DNA from: Haliotis rufescens
Taxonomy: Eukaryota
DNA: 64,000 bases
Reading direction: 5' to 3'
NCBI RefSeq assembly: GCF_023055435.1
Contig: NW_025963846.1
Span: 5,518,001-5,582,000, forward strand
Shown: positions 61,630-64,000 of the stretch, piece after piece
Numbering within the stretch: position 1 is the first letter of the stretch
Layout: every line of letters starts with the position of its first letter
Made by a program: the position numbers and the translations under genes
The notes under the pieces: generated by a model
Databases searched by the model: none
Seen by the model: the letters and a program-made list of their open reading frames with translations, nothing else
Told to the model about the DNA's origin: nothing

Positions 61630-63725
61630 TTCTAATACCCAGCTTGATGCGATGTTTCATTGGTAGGAAATAATTTACTTTTCCAAGGCGGAACGAGATG
61701 CAATGTTTCGCTGTTATCGAAAGTTCACTTTCCCAAAACCGAAACAGATTCAATGTTTCACAGGAGGAGATAGATTATATTCCTAGACCCTTCGAGTGTA
61801 TGACTGATGTGAAATAGTTTAACTATTTAAGACCCGGGAGCATTTAATGGTTTACTGATATGCAGTAGATTACTTACTAAGACCCAGATAGATGCAATGT
61901 TTCACTCATATGAAAGTGAATAGTTTCTAAGACCAAGATAGATGCAATATTTCAGTAATATGAAATATATTACTTTCCAAGACCCGGATAGATGCAATGT
62001 TTCACTAGTATGAAATAGATAACTTTATGAGACCCAGGCGGATGCAATGTTTCACTTATATGAAAGTGAATAGTTTCTAAGACCAAGATAGATGCAATAT
62101 TTCACTAATATGAAATAGATTACTTTCCAAGACCCAGATAGATGCAATGTTTCACTAGTATGAAATAGATATATTTATAAGACCCAGGCATATGCAATGT
62201 TTTACTAATATGAAAGAGAATACTTTCTAAGACCCAGATAGGAGCAATGTTTCACTGATATGAAATAGATTACTTTCTTTAGACCCAGATAGGAGCAATG
62301 TTTCACTAATATGAAATAGATTACTTTCTAAAACCCAGACAGATGCAATGTTTCACTAATATGAAATAGATAACTTACTAAGACCCAGGCAGATGCAAGG
62401 TTTCACTAATATCAAATAGATTACTTTCTAAGTCCCAGATAGATGCAATGTTTCACTAATATGAAACAGACAACTTACTAAGACCCAGGCAGATGCAAGG
62501 TTTCGCTAATATGAAACAGATTACTTTCTAAGACCCAGGCAGATGCAATGTTTCACTAATATGAAACAGATTACTTTCTAAGACCAAGATGATGCACTGT
62601 TTCACTAGTATGAAAGGGAATACCTTCTAAGACCCAGATGGATGCAAAGTTTCAATGATATGAAAAAGATTACTTTCTAAGACCCAGATAGATGCAATGT
62701 TTCACTAATATGAAATAGATTACTTTATAAGACCCAGATAGATGCACTGTTTCACTAATATGAAGCAGATTACTTTCTAAGTCCCAGATAGATGCAATGT
62801 TTCACTAATATGAAATACATAACTTACTAAGACCCAGGCAGATGCTATGTTTCACTAATATGAAATAGATCACTTTCTAAGACCAAGATGATGCACTGTT
62901 TAACTAATATGAAAGAGAATACCATCTAAGACCCAGGTTGATGCAAAGTTTCACTGATATGAAATAGATTACTTTCTAAGAACCAGATAGGAGCATTGTT
63001 TCACTAATATGAAATAGATTACTTTCTAAGACCCAGATAGATGCAATGTTTCACTATCATGAAATAGATTACTTTCTAAGACCCAGATAGATGCAATGGT
63101 TCACTAATATGAAAGAGAATACTCTCAAAGTCCCAATCAGATGCAATGTTTCACTCATATGAAATAGATAACTTACTAAGACCCAGGGAGAAGCAAGGTT
63201 TCACTAATATGAAACAGATTACTTTCTAAGACCCAGATAGATGCACTGTTTCACTAATATGAAATACATAACTTACTAAGACCCAGGCAGATGCTATGTT
63301 TCACTAATATAAAACAGATTACTTTCTAAGACCCAGATGATGCACTGTTTCACTAATATGAAAGAGAATACCTTGTAAGACCCAGGTGGATGCAAAGTTT
63401 CACTGATATGAAATAGATTACTTTCTAAGACACAGATAGATGCAATGTTTCACTAATATGAAAAAGATTACTTTCTAAGACCCAGATAGATGCACCGTTT
63501 CACTAATATGAAGCAGATTACTTTCTAAGACCCAGATAGGTGTAATACTTCACTAATATGAAATAGAATCCTTTCTAAGACCCATTTAGGTGCAATACTT
63601 CACTAATATGAAATAGATTACTTTCTAAGACCCAGATAGGAGCAATGTTTCACTAATATGAAATAGATTACTTTCTAAGACCCAGATAGATGCAATGTTT
63701 CACTAATATGAAAGAGTTTACTTCC
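61630..63725. repeat. Tandem satellite, 50-bp unit, upstream of tubulin copy 4 (same family as 55200-56328)
   Basis: agacccagatagatgcaatgtttcactaatatgaaatagattactttcta repeated about 40 times. Confidence 0.94.
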
Positions 63726-64000
63726 AACAGGAGATGTATCGCTTTACTGATACCAACGATTTATCAGTTAATGGAGCATGAACCGTCTGACGTCTAGAAA
63801 ATGTACATTTGTGAAATGTGCAAATCATGTTTCAACGTATATTTATCATAAATAACGGCAGATATGCGCTTGATAAACATGTGTCCACACCAATGCATGT
63901 TAAACTGATAAAGAACCTCTACACTTTACTGAGGTATTGCTCTCTGCAAGGCGTTTCCGACATCTGGTGACTTTTTACTGTTACAAATAATCGCATAAGA

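Overview
Eukaryotic (animal) genomic DNA. The repeat families and intron-rich genes suggest a mollusc, possibly a gastropod such as abalone, but this is inference only. Gene content: (i) the 3.4-kb terminal exon of a C2H2 zinc-finger gene resembling the ZFP91/ZNF692/ZNF653/ZNF276 group (9953-13323, +); (ii) a complete 5-exon NDUFAF3 gene (22454-28732, -) that the ORF track shows only as fragments; (iii) four 3-exon alpha-tubulin genes (two +, two -, arranged as converging pairs) that appear to encode the same 451-aa protein. The rest is a dense repeat landscape: at least eight tandem satellites, several MITEs/non-autonomous DNA transposons with readable TIRs and TSDs, at least three SINE-like families, a Penelope-like inverted remnant, and a young 5'-truncated LINE nested in a SINE. 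There is one 137-N assembly gap. No CRISPR array, rRNA or intact tRNA gene was found. The most interesting leads are a retroposon family without a tRNA head that starts precisely at a predicted pseudoknot (possible self-processing RNA), an identical-protein tubulin array with shared X-box-like promoter elements and a conserved 3'UTR hairpin, and a CTCF-like YDF motif in the zinc-finger protein. All analyses were done by eye; no searches were run.
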